Assembly: GCF_000341895.1 (NCBI RefSeq)
Contig: NC_020409.1
Location: 3,602,411-3,634,410 of the forward strand
Length of the DNA stretch: 32,000 nucleotides
Direction: 5' to 3'
Source of the DNA: Pseudodesulfovibrio piezophilus C1TLV30
GTDB taxonomy: Bacteria; Desulfobacterota; Desulfovibrionia; Desulfovibrionales; Desulfovibrionaceae
Below the pieces are notes generated by a model. That model ran no database searches. It was not told the origin of the DNA and saw only the letters and a program-made list of their open reading frames with translations. The position numbers and the translations under genes were made by a program. This document shows positions 10,225 through 17,634 of the stretch, in pieces. Numbering within the stretch: the stretch's first letter is position 1; each line of letters starts with the position of its first letter.

Positions 10225-10263
10225 GGCTGGTGCCCTTGCTCTTTGGAGTGGGTTCAGTTAAAT

Positions 10264-10310
10264 GTGACCGGGTGGTCACTCTTTTTATCCATGGGCATAC
10301 ACCCTGTCAA
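10264..10310 (-). promoter_or_regulatory. Candidate promoter plus palindromic operator of the tetR-mqn operon
   Basis: On the minus strand: TTGACA (10310-10305), a 17-nt spacer, TAAAAA (10287-10282). Two nt later comes the perfect inverted repeat GTGACC-N4-GGTCAC (10279-10264). Confidence 0.45.
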
Positions 10311-10347
10311 GTGTAGTTTTTTTAGTATTTAATATTAGGTGGTTGTA

Positions 10348-11175
10348 ATGAAAAAGAAGCTTCTTCTCGGATATTCGCCGTGTCCCAATGATACATATAT
10401 CTTTCATGGTCTTGCGTCCGGTTCAGTTGCTTGGCCCGGAGGTCTCGAGATTACTCTTGCTGATGTGGAAGAGTTGAATGCTTCGGCAGCTACGGGAAAA
10501 TTGGATGTTATCAAGGTCTCAGTGGCCGCCGCAGCAGGTATTTTGGATGAATATGTTCTTCTTCGCGCCGGAGGAGCAATGGGATATGGAGTCGGGCCAA
10601 TTGTCGTCACAAAGGGAGAGCGTGACCTTGCTTCATTGGATGGGAAGGTCATTGCGACTCCGGGCCGGAAAACGACTGCGCATTTGCTGTTTGGTTTGTG
10701 TTGTCACAATGCAGGTATAAATGTGGAGTGCCGGGAAATGATCTTCGATGAAGTGATGCCTGCGGTAGCAGCGGGAGAGGTCGAAGCCGGTGTCGTCATT
10801 CATGAAGGGCGTTTTACATTTGGTGATAAAGGGCTGAACAAGCTTCTTGACCTTGGTGCGTGGTGGGAACGGCACACTGGATTGCCTATCCCATTGGGAG
10901 CGATAGCTATCCGGCGGTCGCTCGGAGAAGAAACCGCGCGAGCCATGAATGAAGCGATTCGGCAAAGCCTTCTTGAAGCCAGCCAGTTTCCAGACAAGGC
11001 CGCAGCATATATAAAAGCTCATGCGCAAGAAATGGATGATGCGGTCATTCAGGAACATATCGCAACTTTTGTCACCGATTACAGTCTTGATGTCGGTGAT
11101 GCGGGAGTGTCTGCTGTGCGAAGGTTGCTCAAGGAAGCCGGGTGGACCCAAGGAAATGAATTCATCACAGTCTAA
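10348..11175 (+). CDS. mqnD: 1,4-dihydroxy-6-naphthoate synthase MqnD
   Basis: MKKKLLLGYSPCPNDTYIFHGL... matches the SPCPNDT signature I associate with MqnD. ATG 10348 with AGGTGG upstream is preferred over the track's GTG 10339. Confidence 0.75.
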   Translation: MKKKLLLGYSPCPNDTYIFHGLASGSVAWPGGLEITLADVEELNASAATGKLDVIKVSVAAAAGILDEYVLLRAGGAMGYGVGPIVVTKGERDLASLDGKVIATPGRKTTAHLLFGLCCHNAGINVECREMIFDEVMPAVAAGEVEAGVVIHEGRFTFGDKGLNKLLDLGAWWERHTGLPIPLGAIAIRRSLGEETARAMNEAIRQSLLEASQFPDKAAAYIKAHAQEMDDAVIQEHIATFVTDYSLDVGDAGVSAVRRLLKEAGWTQGNEFITV

Positions 11176-11190
11176 AGCGAAGGTATCCGC

Positions 11191-11231
11191 CAAAGCAAGA
11201 GGCCGTCCCAGTGGGACGGCCTCTTGCTTTG
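11191..11231. terminator. Perfect 19-bp GC-rich hairpin between convergent mqnD and the EamA gene (probable bidirectional terminator)
   Basis: CAAAGCAAGAGGCCGTCCC (11191-11209), loop AGT, GGGACGGCCTCTTGCTTTG (11213-11231). Neither side has a clean U-tract. Confidence 0.55.
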
Positions 11232-11274
11232 TACATATCACGGGATGCGGCGGTAAATTGACAATAAGGAATTC

Positions 11275-12165
11275 TCAGCTTTTTCTTCGTCGGCCCTGGC
11301 TGATAGAGACACCGGCTATGACCAGAGCTGAGGCAGCGTACTGAACCATATTGAGTCTCTCACCAAGGAAGAACCAGCCGAAGAAGAGTGTGATGACTGG
11401 GATGAGATTGATGAAGGCTGATGCCTGATTTGCCGTGGTTTTGGACATACCGTAATTGTAGAGTCCATAAGCTGCGATAGTGACAAAAATACCCAAATAG
11501 AAGATCGCGAGAACACCGGGGATTGCAAACTCCGTAGGGAGCGTTGTGCTGGGGATAAACAGAAGCGGAAAGTAGAAGAGCGATCCGATAAATGCTTGAA
11601 TCATGGTCAGGAACCAGGGATTATAGCGTGGGGTTAACCCCTTCAGTGTGATCATATAGCCAGTCGCACAAATCATGGCCATGAACTCGAGGAAATTACC
11701 CAACGCGGGGTTTGATGCTGTGCTTGTGGTCTCGGCCGCCATGGAGAGGGTGCATGCCCCTATAATTGCGAGAGTAAAGCCGGTGAGGGTGCGGCGTGAG
11801 ATTCGTTCTCCAAGTACAAACCGGGCAGCGACAGCAACCAGGAGAGGGAGGAGCGCACAAATCATTCCGGCCTGGGAAGCGTCGGTGTGTGAAAGGGCCA
11901 TGGCTTCAAAAACAAAATAGAATCCGGGTTCGCAGACTCCCATGAACAAAAGGCGTTTCCAGTCTCCTTTCTGGTAGTCAATATGTCTGAGGGATTTGAA
12001 AACAGTGAGAAAGCAGAGGGATGCGATGAACATCCTTCCGAAAATCACGACCATTGGGTCAAAATGCTTGAAAGCTATTTTCAAGGCCACGAATGAGCTG
12101 GCCCAGAGGGTTACTCCGGCTAGAAGAGCGAGAAAGGCCCGGGCTGATCCTTGTGATGTCGTCAC
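11275..12165 (-). CDS. EamA/DMT-family transporter
   Basis: 296 aa with about 10 predicted TM helices in two EamA-like halves. GTG start with GGGAG 4 nt upstream. Confidence 0.8.
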   Translation of the reverse strand: MTTSQGSARAFLALLAGVTLWASSFVALKIAFKHFDPMVVIFGRMFIASLCFLTVFKSLRHIDYQKGDWKRLLFMGVCEPGFYFVFEAMALSHTDASQAGMICALLPLLVAVAARFVLGERISRRTLTGFTLAIIGACTLSMAAETTSTASNPALGNFLEFMAMICATGYMITLKGLTPRYNPWFLTMIQAFIGSLFYFPLLFIPSTTLPTEFAIPGVLAIFYLGIFVTIAAYGLYNYGMSKTTANQASAFINLIPVITLFFGWFFLGERLNMVQYAASALVIAGVSISQGRRRKS

Positions 12166-12281
12166 TATGCTCCCTGTTGTTGTCGTTTGGCGAGTTCTAT
12201 CATTCTTGGGAAGTCTTGGAAATGATTCCGGGCATCATTTGTTGTCATGGAGTTGATCGAATTTTACGATGATTGTTCATT

Positions 12282-12316
12282 AAAAGACAAACCCCCGCAG
12301 AGTGCAGGGGTTTGTT
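12282..12316 (-). terminator. Rho-independent terminator after the small Cys-rich ORF
   Basis: The minus-strand RNA reads ACAAACCCC-TGCACTCTGCG-GGGGTTTGT followed by CTTTTA. It begins about 20 nt after the stop at 12337. Confidence 0.7.
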
Positions 12317-12336
12317 CGCTCGTATGGGCTTGGTGT

Positions 12337-12606
12337 TTAATGTGGGCATACAGCCAGCACGTTAACCGGCTTGTATCCATTTTGCGGATTAAGAGCGAAA
12401 CGGCAACCAAGATGGGAGCCTTCGCGTTTATGTGCGATATCTTCTTCAGAGCCGAGATAGAAAGAACAGTTGTTGCTTTCACAGATCAGGATAACATCCC
12501 ATCCTGTTTCCGGCGGAGGAAGCCACGGGGACATGAGTGTTCCGCAATGCGGACACTTGTGGTCCTCCAGTTCGGTAACGATACCGGCATATTCATGAAT
12601 AACCAT
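12337..12606 (-). CDS. Small Cys/His-rich protein, zinc-ribbon-like (89 aa), function unknown
   Basis: ATG 12606 is preceded by AAAGGAG with a 5-nt spacer; the track's GTG 12612 lies inside that RBS. KCPHCG...22 aa...CESNNC suggests a zinc ribbon. It has its own terminator. The overlapping + strand ORF 12247-12900 looks non-coding. Confidence 0.6.
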   Translation of the reverse strand: MVIHEYAGIVTELEDHKCPHCGTLMSPWLPPPETGWDVILICESNNCSFYLGSEEDIAHKREGSHLGCRFALNPQNGYKPVNVLAVCPH

Positions 12607-12692
12607 AGTCACTCCTTTTTCAAAATGATCAGCACTGATGCATGCTCTGACCTGATGATAAATACGGAACCACCAACGTCAAGGGAAGATGG

Positions 12693-13232
12693 CTATATTT
12701 CTTCAGAAGAAGGGAGGAGTCTTAGCAGCTTGAACAAGGCTCGCGCATCTTTGGGCGGTTTGCCTTTGAGCTTCTCACGGCGAGCGCTCAGGACGAGCTG
12801 GCGTATCCTTTGTCCTTGTTCTGGGTGCTGGTCGAAAAGCTCCTGCAAGAAATCGTCATCTCCTCCGATGAGACGGTCTCGCATGACTTCGATACGATGA
12901 AATTCAGCGGTCCTGACATCGTGCCCCTGCTTGGCAGCTTCGACAATTTCACGAACTTGTGTGGTGTCGAATGTTCTCATCAGTTTGCCGACATATTGCA
13001 TATGCCTGCGGCGGGCTTCATGTTTGGTTATTTTCTTGATGAGCAGCAATGCCTTTTCAACATCACCGGGAAGGTCGGATTCCTTGACGACACGGTCGCC
13101 CAGCGCGGCCAGGTCTTCGCCCAGCTGCTGGAGTTCATGCATATCCCGTTTGAGCTGAGATCGACTGGGTGCATCGTTCACCTCATCGAACTCTTCCGGG
13201 GCATAGAGGTCGCGTTTTTGTTTCTTTTTCAT
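12693..13232 (-). CDS. darP: Ribosome-associated protein YjgA/DarP (DUF615 family)
   Basis: Collinear resemblance to E. coli YjgA as I recall it: SRSQLKRDMHELQQLGEDL, ARRRHMQYVGKLMR, FHRIEVMRDRLI, KPPKDARALFKLLR. Confidence 0.75.
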   Translation of the reverse strand: MKKKQKRDLYAPEEFDEVNDAPSRSQLKRDMHELQQLGEDLAALGDRVVKESDLPGDVEKALLLIKKITKHEARRRHMQYVGKLMRTFDTTQVREIVEAAKQGHDVRTAEFHRIEVMRDRLIGGDDDFLQELFDQHPEQGQRIRQLVLSARREKLKGKPPKDARALFKLLRLLPSSEEI

Positions 13233-13246
13233 AGGGTCTTGGGTTG

Positions 13247-13861
13247 TCAGTTTTGGACGGTTTTGGCCAGATCCAGTTCAAGTTCGGTAAAAATGATCTG
13301 GATGCCTTTGGTCATCCCCTGGACCAATTCATCGGGGGCGGACTTGTCGAGCGGAATACGTTGCCTGTAACTTGATGAAAAGACAATCTCATTGTTGGGT
13401 GTTGATTCATCCACCAGGAAAAACTGCATGGCAATCACCGCATTCGGGGGCTCGGTTGAGTAATCTCCGTATAGGGAATTGACGACTCCTTCAAGGGTCA
13501 GGTCGGGTATAACCATACTCCCAGGCTCTATCACATTGGCAAAATGACCACTCTGCGCCAGCCATTTACGGAGTTCCGAGGTCAACATGTTGCCAGGTGC
13601 CACAAAGAGCATGTTGTAGAAATCGGATTCAATACGTCCGTCGCTCATCTGATAAACCAATTCACGAGTATTGTAGATATCGGAAACTGAGAGTCGACGG
13701 ATTTTCAATATTTTTCCGCACTGCGCTTCAGGTGGGGTTTCTGTACGGGCCGGAGTTATGCGGTAATAGCGTTTTTCGATCGGTTCTCCGCCGAGTTTGA
13801 CACAGGCGCTCATGCTCAAGGTCGCTATGAGAAAGAAGAGGGTGGTGTATTTTTTCATCAT
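13247..13861 (-). CDS. ABC-transport auxiliary lipoprotein (PqiC/YmbA-like, ABC_trans_aux family)
   Basis: Signal peptide with lipobox LSMSAC. The YYRI...RRLSVSDIYNTRELVY...FYNMLFVAPGNMLTSELRKWL pattern resembles PqiC/YmbA. Sits directly downstream of the MCE gene. Confidence 0.7.
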   Translation of the reverse strand: MMKKYTTLFFLIATLSMSACVKLGGEPIEKRYYRITPARTETPPEAQCGKILKIRRLSVSDIYNTRELVYQMSDGRIESDFYNMLFVAPGNMLTSELRKWLAQSGHFANVIEPGSMVIPDLTLEGVVNSLYGDYSTEPPNAVIAMQFFLVDESTPNNEIVFSSSYRQRIPLDKSAPDELVQGMTKGIQIIFTELELDLAKTVQN

Positions 13862-13876
13862 AATCTTGAATCCTGT

Positions 13877-15028
13877 CTACTTGCTTTCTGGCGAGGATTT
13901 GCTTGGCGGTTTACCAAAGAATATACCGGAAGGGTAGCGTTTTGCGTCACCACTCAACTCCTTGATGTTTTGCATGACTTCACGAGTATCCTGCAAGATT
14001 GCATGAATATTCGGCTCTTCTGCCGCCATGACACCATTGAGTCTGTTGACCAAGGCATGTATTTTGGTGACGGCAGCTCCAAGTTCTGCCGATGCCATGG
14101 TGATGTTCTCCAGGGTCGGGGCAGCGTTGGAAAGAGCTTTGTCCATACGTGGGTCAGAGAGAGTTCTTTCGAGGACATCAGCAGCATGTTTGAAGCTCGC
14201 CATGGCCTTGTTCGCCTCTGCGCCCGCAGCTATCAAGTCATCGGAAGATTCGTTGATTATCCTATCCACCCCGGCCATGGCGCTCGCCGCGTGGGGGATG
14301 ATATGATCTGCGTCCGGGGAAGCCAGCAATTCATTTGTTCTGGAAAGAAGGGTACGTGTCTGGTCGAGAATTGTCAGCATCCTGTCGCCCGCTTTTTTGC
14401 CGTCCTTGGTGCGCATGAAACGGTCGAGAGTATTGACGATGGATTTGACGTCACTGATAATACTGGTGATATCTTCCTGACGAATCCCCTTCAGTGTCTT
14501 AGATATAGTGGTAACTGCTCCTTCTATTCGACTCAGGGTACTTGGAATTGCCGGAATATAGGCTTCTTTGGGTTGCCAGTATACCTGGAGGGGAGGGTTG
14601 GATAGTGGGTCCACATAGACGAAGTTGAGGAAGAGCTGCCCCGTCAATCCGAGGGAAGTGGGACGAACTCGAAGGCCCTGCTTTTCTTCTTTGCGTATGG
14701 ATTTTTTGAACTCTTCAAAGCTCATGTCTCGGAATAAATCCGGGTTGATATCGCAACGTACCATCACGTATCGAATATCGTGCTCGCTAGCCTGTGGATA
14801 GATGTTGGTCACGAAATCAATGTCGGAAACCCGGCCGATGCGCACTCCTCTCAGTTTGACAGGTGATCCTATTTCCAGTCCGTTGACTGACTCATTAAAG
14901 TAACTTTCCACTGAATAGCTTGTCTCAAAGTATCTGCCAGCTCCCAGAACGATGACAATGGCTACCAGCAGACATGTGCCGACAATAATGAAAGCGCCAA
15001 GTTTGAAAGAGTCTTGTTTTCGTATCAT
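13877..15028 (-). CDS. MlaD/MCE-domain protein with a long C-terminal helical extension
   Basis: N-terminal TM anchor and a single MCE domain (VNGLEIGSPVKLRGVRIGRVSDI). About 230 aa of Ala/Leu/Asp-rich, probably helical sequence follows. Confidence 0.8.
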   Translation of the reverse strand: MIRKQDSFKLGAFIIVGTCLLVAIVIVLGAGRYFETSYSVESYFNESVNGLEIGSPVKLRGVRIGRVSDIDFVTNIYPQASEHDIRYVMVRCDINPDLFRDMSFEEFKKSIRKEEKQGLRVRPTSLGLTGQLFLNFVYVDPLSNPPLQVYWQPKEAYIPAIPSTLSRIEGAVTTISKTLKGIRQEDITSIISDVKSIVNTLDRFMRTKDGKKAGDRMLTILDQTRTLLSRTNELLASPDADHIIPHAASAMAGVDRIINESSDDLIAAGAEANKAMASFKHAADVLERTLSDPRMDKALSNAAPTLENITMASAELGAAVTKIHALVNRLNGVMAAEEPNIHAILQDTREVMQNIKELSGDAKRYPSGIFFGKPPSKSSPESK

Positions 15029-15031
15029 TCT

Positions 15032-15889
15032 CTATCCTTCATTTAACGGGAGGCATTTGGCTTCATCCGTGGCTTTTCCAAGCGAAGGCATGCGATGAAA
15101 GAATCGTTTGACCAAAAGAGTCTCCGAAGAGTCTCGTAGTTCTTTAGGGTCCCCTTGCGCCACAATGGATTTTTGATCCTTGTCGAGCATTATCACCCTA
15201 TCTGCCGTTTTATAGACTGATTCCAATTCATGGGTGACGATAACAAAAGTAATGCCGAGAGTGTGGGCCAGGTTGAGTATGAGTTCATCCAGTTCCGCTG
15301 ACGAGATCGGGTCAAGCCCGGCTCCTGGTTCATCCAGAAAAAGGATTTGGGGATCCAAAGCCATGGCTCTTGCTATGGCCGCGCGTTTTTTCATGCCGCC
15401 GCTCAGGGCTGACGGCATTTTGTAGAATGCATTTTCCAAATTGACCATGGCGAGTTTCGATTTTGCTATCATCGTCATCGCTTCATGAGGGAGGGAGGTA
15501 AATTCTTCCAAAGGCAGCATGACGTTCTGAAGAAGTGACATGGACCCGAACAAGGCTCCCATTTGGTACATGACTCCGAAACGACGAATGATGTCTGCCC
15601 GGTCTGTTTCATTGGCAATGACCAGATCTTTTTCTCCGTAGAAAACATGGCCTTTCATTGGGGTGTAAAGGCCAATCATGTTTTTGAGCAAAGTCGATTT
15701 CCCACAGCCTGAGCCACCCAGAATCACGAAGACTTCACCTTGCATGATATCAAAGCTGATATCTTTCAGCACGACGGTGTCATCATATCCGCAGGTGAGA
15801 TTCTTGACGCTGATGATGGGGGTATGCTTGTTGCTCAACAGATCACCATCCCAAGTAGTAGAAAGCAACGGCGAAAAGTCCGTCTGCAA
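15032..15889 (-). CDS. ABC transporter ATP-binding protein (MlaF-like)
   Basis: Walker A GGSGCGKST, signature LSGGMKKRAAIARA, Walker B ILFLDEPGAGLD. ATG 15889 overlaps the upstream permease by 47 nt. A CTG or TTG start at about 15839-15836, next to the permease stop, is an alternative. Confidence 0.85.
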   Translation of the reverse strand: MQTDFSPLLSTTWDGDLLSNKHTPIISVKNLTCGYDDTVVLKDISFDIMQGEVFVILGGSGCGKSTLLKNMIGLYTPMKGHVFYGEKDLVIANETDRADIIRRFGVMYQMGALFGSMSLLQNVMLPLEEFTSLPHEAMTMIAKSKLAMVNLENAFYKMPSALSGGMKKRAAIARAMALDPQILFLDEPGAGLDPISSAELDELILNLAHTLGITFVIVTHELESVYKTADRVIMLDKDQKSIVAQGDPKELRDSSETLLVKRFFHRMPSLGKATDEAKCLPLNEG

Positions 15890-17003
15890 ATGCTATAAGG
15901 ACTATTCCTGAAACCACTGCACTGGTCGTGGATAGACCAACGGCACTGGCCCCGCTTCGGGTTTGCAACCCTCGCAAGCATCCGACTCCTGAGACAAGCA
16001 TTGCAAAGACGACCGCTTTGAGCATGCCGCCCCAGAAATCAAGAAAATCGAGATTTGCGAAGATACGTGATGAAAATGTCACCAGGGGGAACCCGAGAGA
16101 GAGCATGACCAGAGCGCCGCCTACCAAGCTGGCGAGATTGAAAAAAATTGTCATAAGCGGGACCATGGCAACCGCAGATATGAGCTTCGGAAGAACCATG
16201 AATTGCATGGGGGAGAGGCCCATGGTTGTCAGGGCATCCAATTCCTCATTGATTTTCATGGTTCCGATTTCCGCAGCAAACGCGGACCCGGACCTGGCTG
16301 CAAGGAGAATGGAAGTGACGAGAGGCCCCATCTCTCGAAACATGACAAGCCCCAGCATGTTCGGAACAAATATTTCGCCTCCGAATTGCTGTAGGCTGAT
16401 AGCAGACTGAAAGGACATGATCAGTCCCATTAAAAAACCGATCAAAGTAATAATGAAGAGTGAGTCCACACCAATATTGATGCAGGAAATGACAACGTCT
16501 TTCCAGCGCACTCTCTGCGGATGCAGTGCAGTCTTGCCTAGCAGTATTGAAGATTCACCGACAAAAGCAACCATTTCGTGAATATCTGCAAGGATTGCAT
16601 TGGCTGCTTCTCCCACTCTCTGGACAAATCCGCGTCGTTCTTTCTCCGTTTGTTCCCACTGTGGGAGTCCACAATCCCATGTCAGATTGATGAGTTTGAC
16701 ATATTCGTCCTTGAGGTTCAGCAGGTTGAATGTCCTGCCTGTCAAGATCGCTTCTTCCCTGATTTTGAGTAGCAGAGCGATGCCTGCTCCATCCATGCTG
16801 ACTATGCCTGAGCAGTCTGCTGTTATTGATCGATGCGTTGTTTTCCTGGCTGTCTCCATGATGTTTTCCCAGACATGAGCAGTGCCTGTCGCATCAAATA
16901 GTCCATAGAGATTCAGTTTTAATCCACGGTTGTCAGTTGTCTTTTCGAATCTGGCACCTGGAAGGTCTGGAAGGAGTGGGCTTTGTTGCAACGAGAGGTC
17001 CAT
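15843..17003 (-). CDS. MlaE-family ABC permease with an N-terminal STAS (MlaB-like) domain
   Basis: Residues about 20-125 (LKLNLYGLFDATGTAHVWENIM...DCSGIVSMDGAGIALLLKIRE...NLLNL) look like a STAS anti-sigma-antagonist fold. The remainder is a 5-6 TM MlaE-type permease. Confidence 0.75.
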   Translation of the reverse strand: MDLSLQQSPLLPDLPGARFEKTTDNRGLKLNLYGLFDATGTAHVWENIMETARKTTHRSITADCSGIVSMDGAGIALLLKIREEAILTGRTFNLLNLKDEYVKLINLTWDCGLPQWEQTEKERRGFVQRVGEAANAILADIHEMVAFVGESSILLGKTALHPQRVRWKDVVISCINIGVDSLFIITLIGFLMGLIMSFQSAISLQQFGGEIFVPNMLGLVMFREMGPLVTSILLAARSGSAFAAEIGTMKINEELDALTTMGLSPMQFMVLPKLISAVAMVPLMTIFFNLASLVGGALVMLSLGFPLVTFSSRIFANLDFLDFWGGMLKAVVFAMLVSGVGCLRGLQTRSGASAVGLSTTSAVVSGIVLIAFADGLFAVAFYYLGW

Positions 17004-17101
17004 GATTTTGAATGTTCTCTGAATTGGACATTAAATATACCGAACGAGCGTCAAAATGAAAAGCGGAGTGGAATCTTTTTTTTCGATGGCTCAATATAGA
17101 C

Positions 17102-17130
17102 TTGACAGCAAAACAAAAGAATAATATTTC
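17102..17130 (+). promoter_or_regulatory. Candidate promoter of lrp-putA
   Basis: TTGACA (17102-17107), a 17-nt spacer, TATTTC (17125-17130), with ATG at 17139 and no Shine-Dalgarno sequence between. Sequence match only. Confidence 0.3.
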
Positions 17131-17138
17131 TTTTAACT

Positions 17139-17612
17139 ATGAATAATAGAAAGATTGACGATTTAGACCTAAAAATCCTGAATATACTTCAGGAGGACGG
17201 CAGGGTTTCCAATGCTGAAATAGCTCGAAAGGTAGGCAAAGCTCCTTCTGCCGTTTTAGAGCGGGTACGCAAACTGCGTCGGCATGGTATTATCAAGGGA
17301 TACGAATGTATCGTGGATCATAAACGGCTCGGGAGTGGCTTGACCGCTTTCACTTCAATCCGTGTGGAAGAAGGGGTCGGTGCGACAGAGGTCGGGCAAC
17401 GGCTTTCGGAATTTCCAGAAGTCCTTGAAGTCCATTACACGGCAGGACGAGACTCTTATCTTGTCAAAGTTCGTGTGCAGGACACTGAAGCTCTTCAAGC
17501 GACACTGGCTAAATTCGGCACGATTATGGCTGTACGGGATACCAACTCCACCATTGTTTTGACAACGGTCAAGGAGTCACGAGTTATTCCGCTTCCATCA
17601 ACTAACGAATAA
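17139..17612 (+). CDS. Lrp/AsnC-family transcriptional regulator (PutR-like by context)
   Basis: HTH_AsnC (LDLKILNILQEDGRVSNAEIARKVGKAPSAVLERVRKL) plus a RAM/AsnC_trans_reg domain. Lies 22 nt upstream of putA. Confidence 0.85.
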   Translation: MNNRKIDDLDLKILNILQEDGRVSNAEIARKVGKAPSAVLERVRKLRRHGIIKGYECIVDHKRLGSGLTAFTSIRVEEGVGATEVGQRLSEFPEVLEVHYTAGRDSYLVKVRVQDTEALQATLAKFGTIMAVRDTNSTIVLTTVKESRVIPLPSTNE

Positions 17613-17634
17613 ACTGTAATTCAAGGAGTCTCCG

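Noticed and set aside
12247-12900. 217-aa plus-strand ORF spanning the small Cys-rich gene and the 3' end of darP.
   Set aside because: It overlaps two better-supported minus-strand genes, both with an RBS; the small Cys-rich gene also has its own terminator and darP shows recognisable homology. It runs through a terminator hairpin, and its Ser/Arg/Cys-rich composition is typical of antisense frames.
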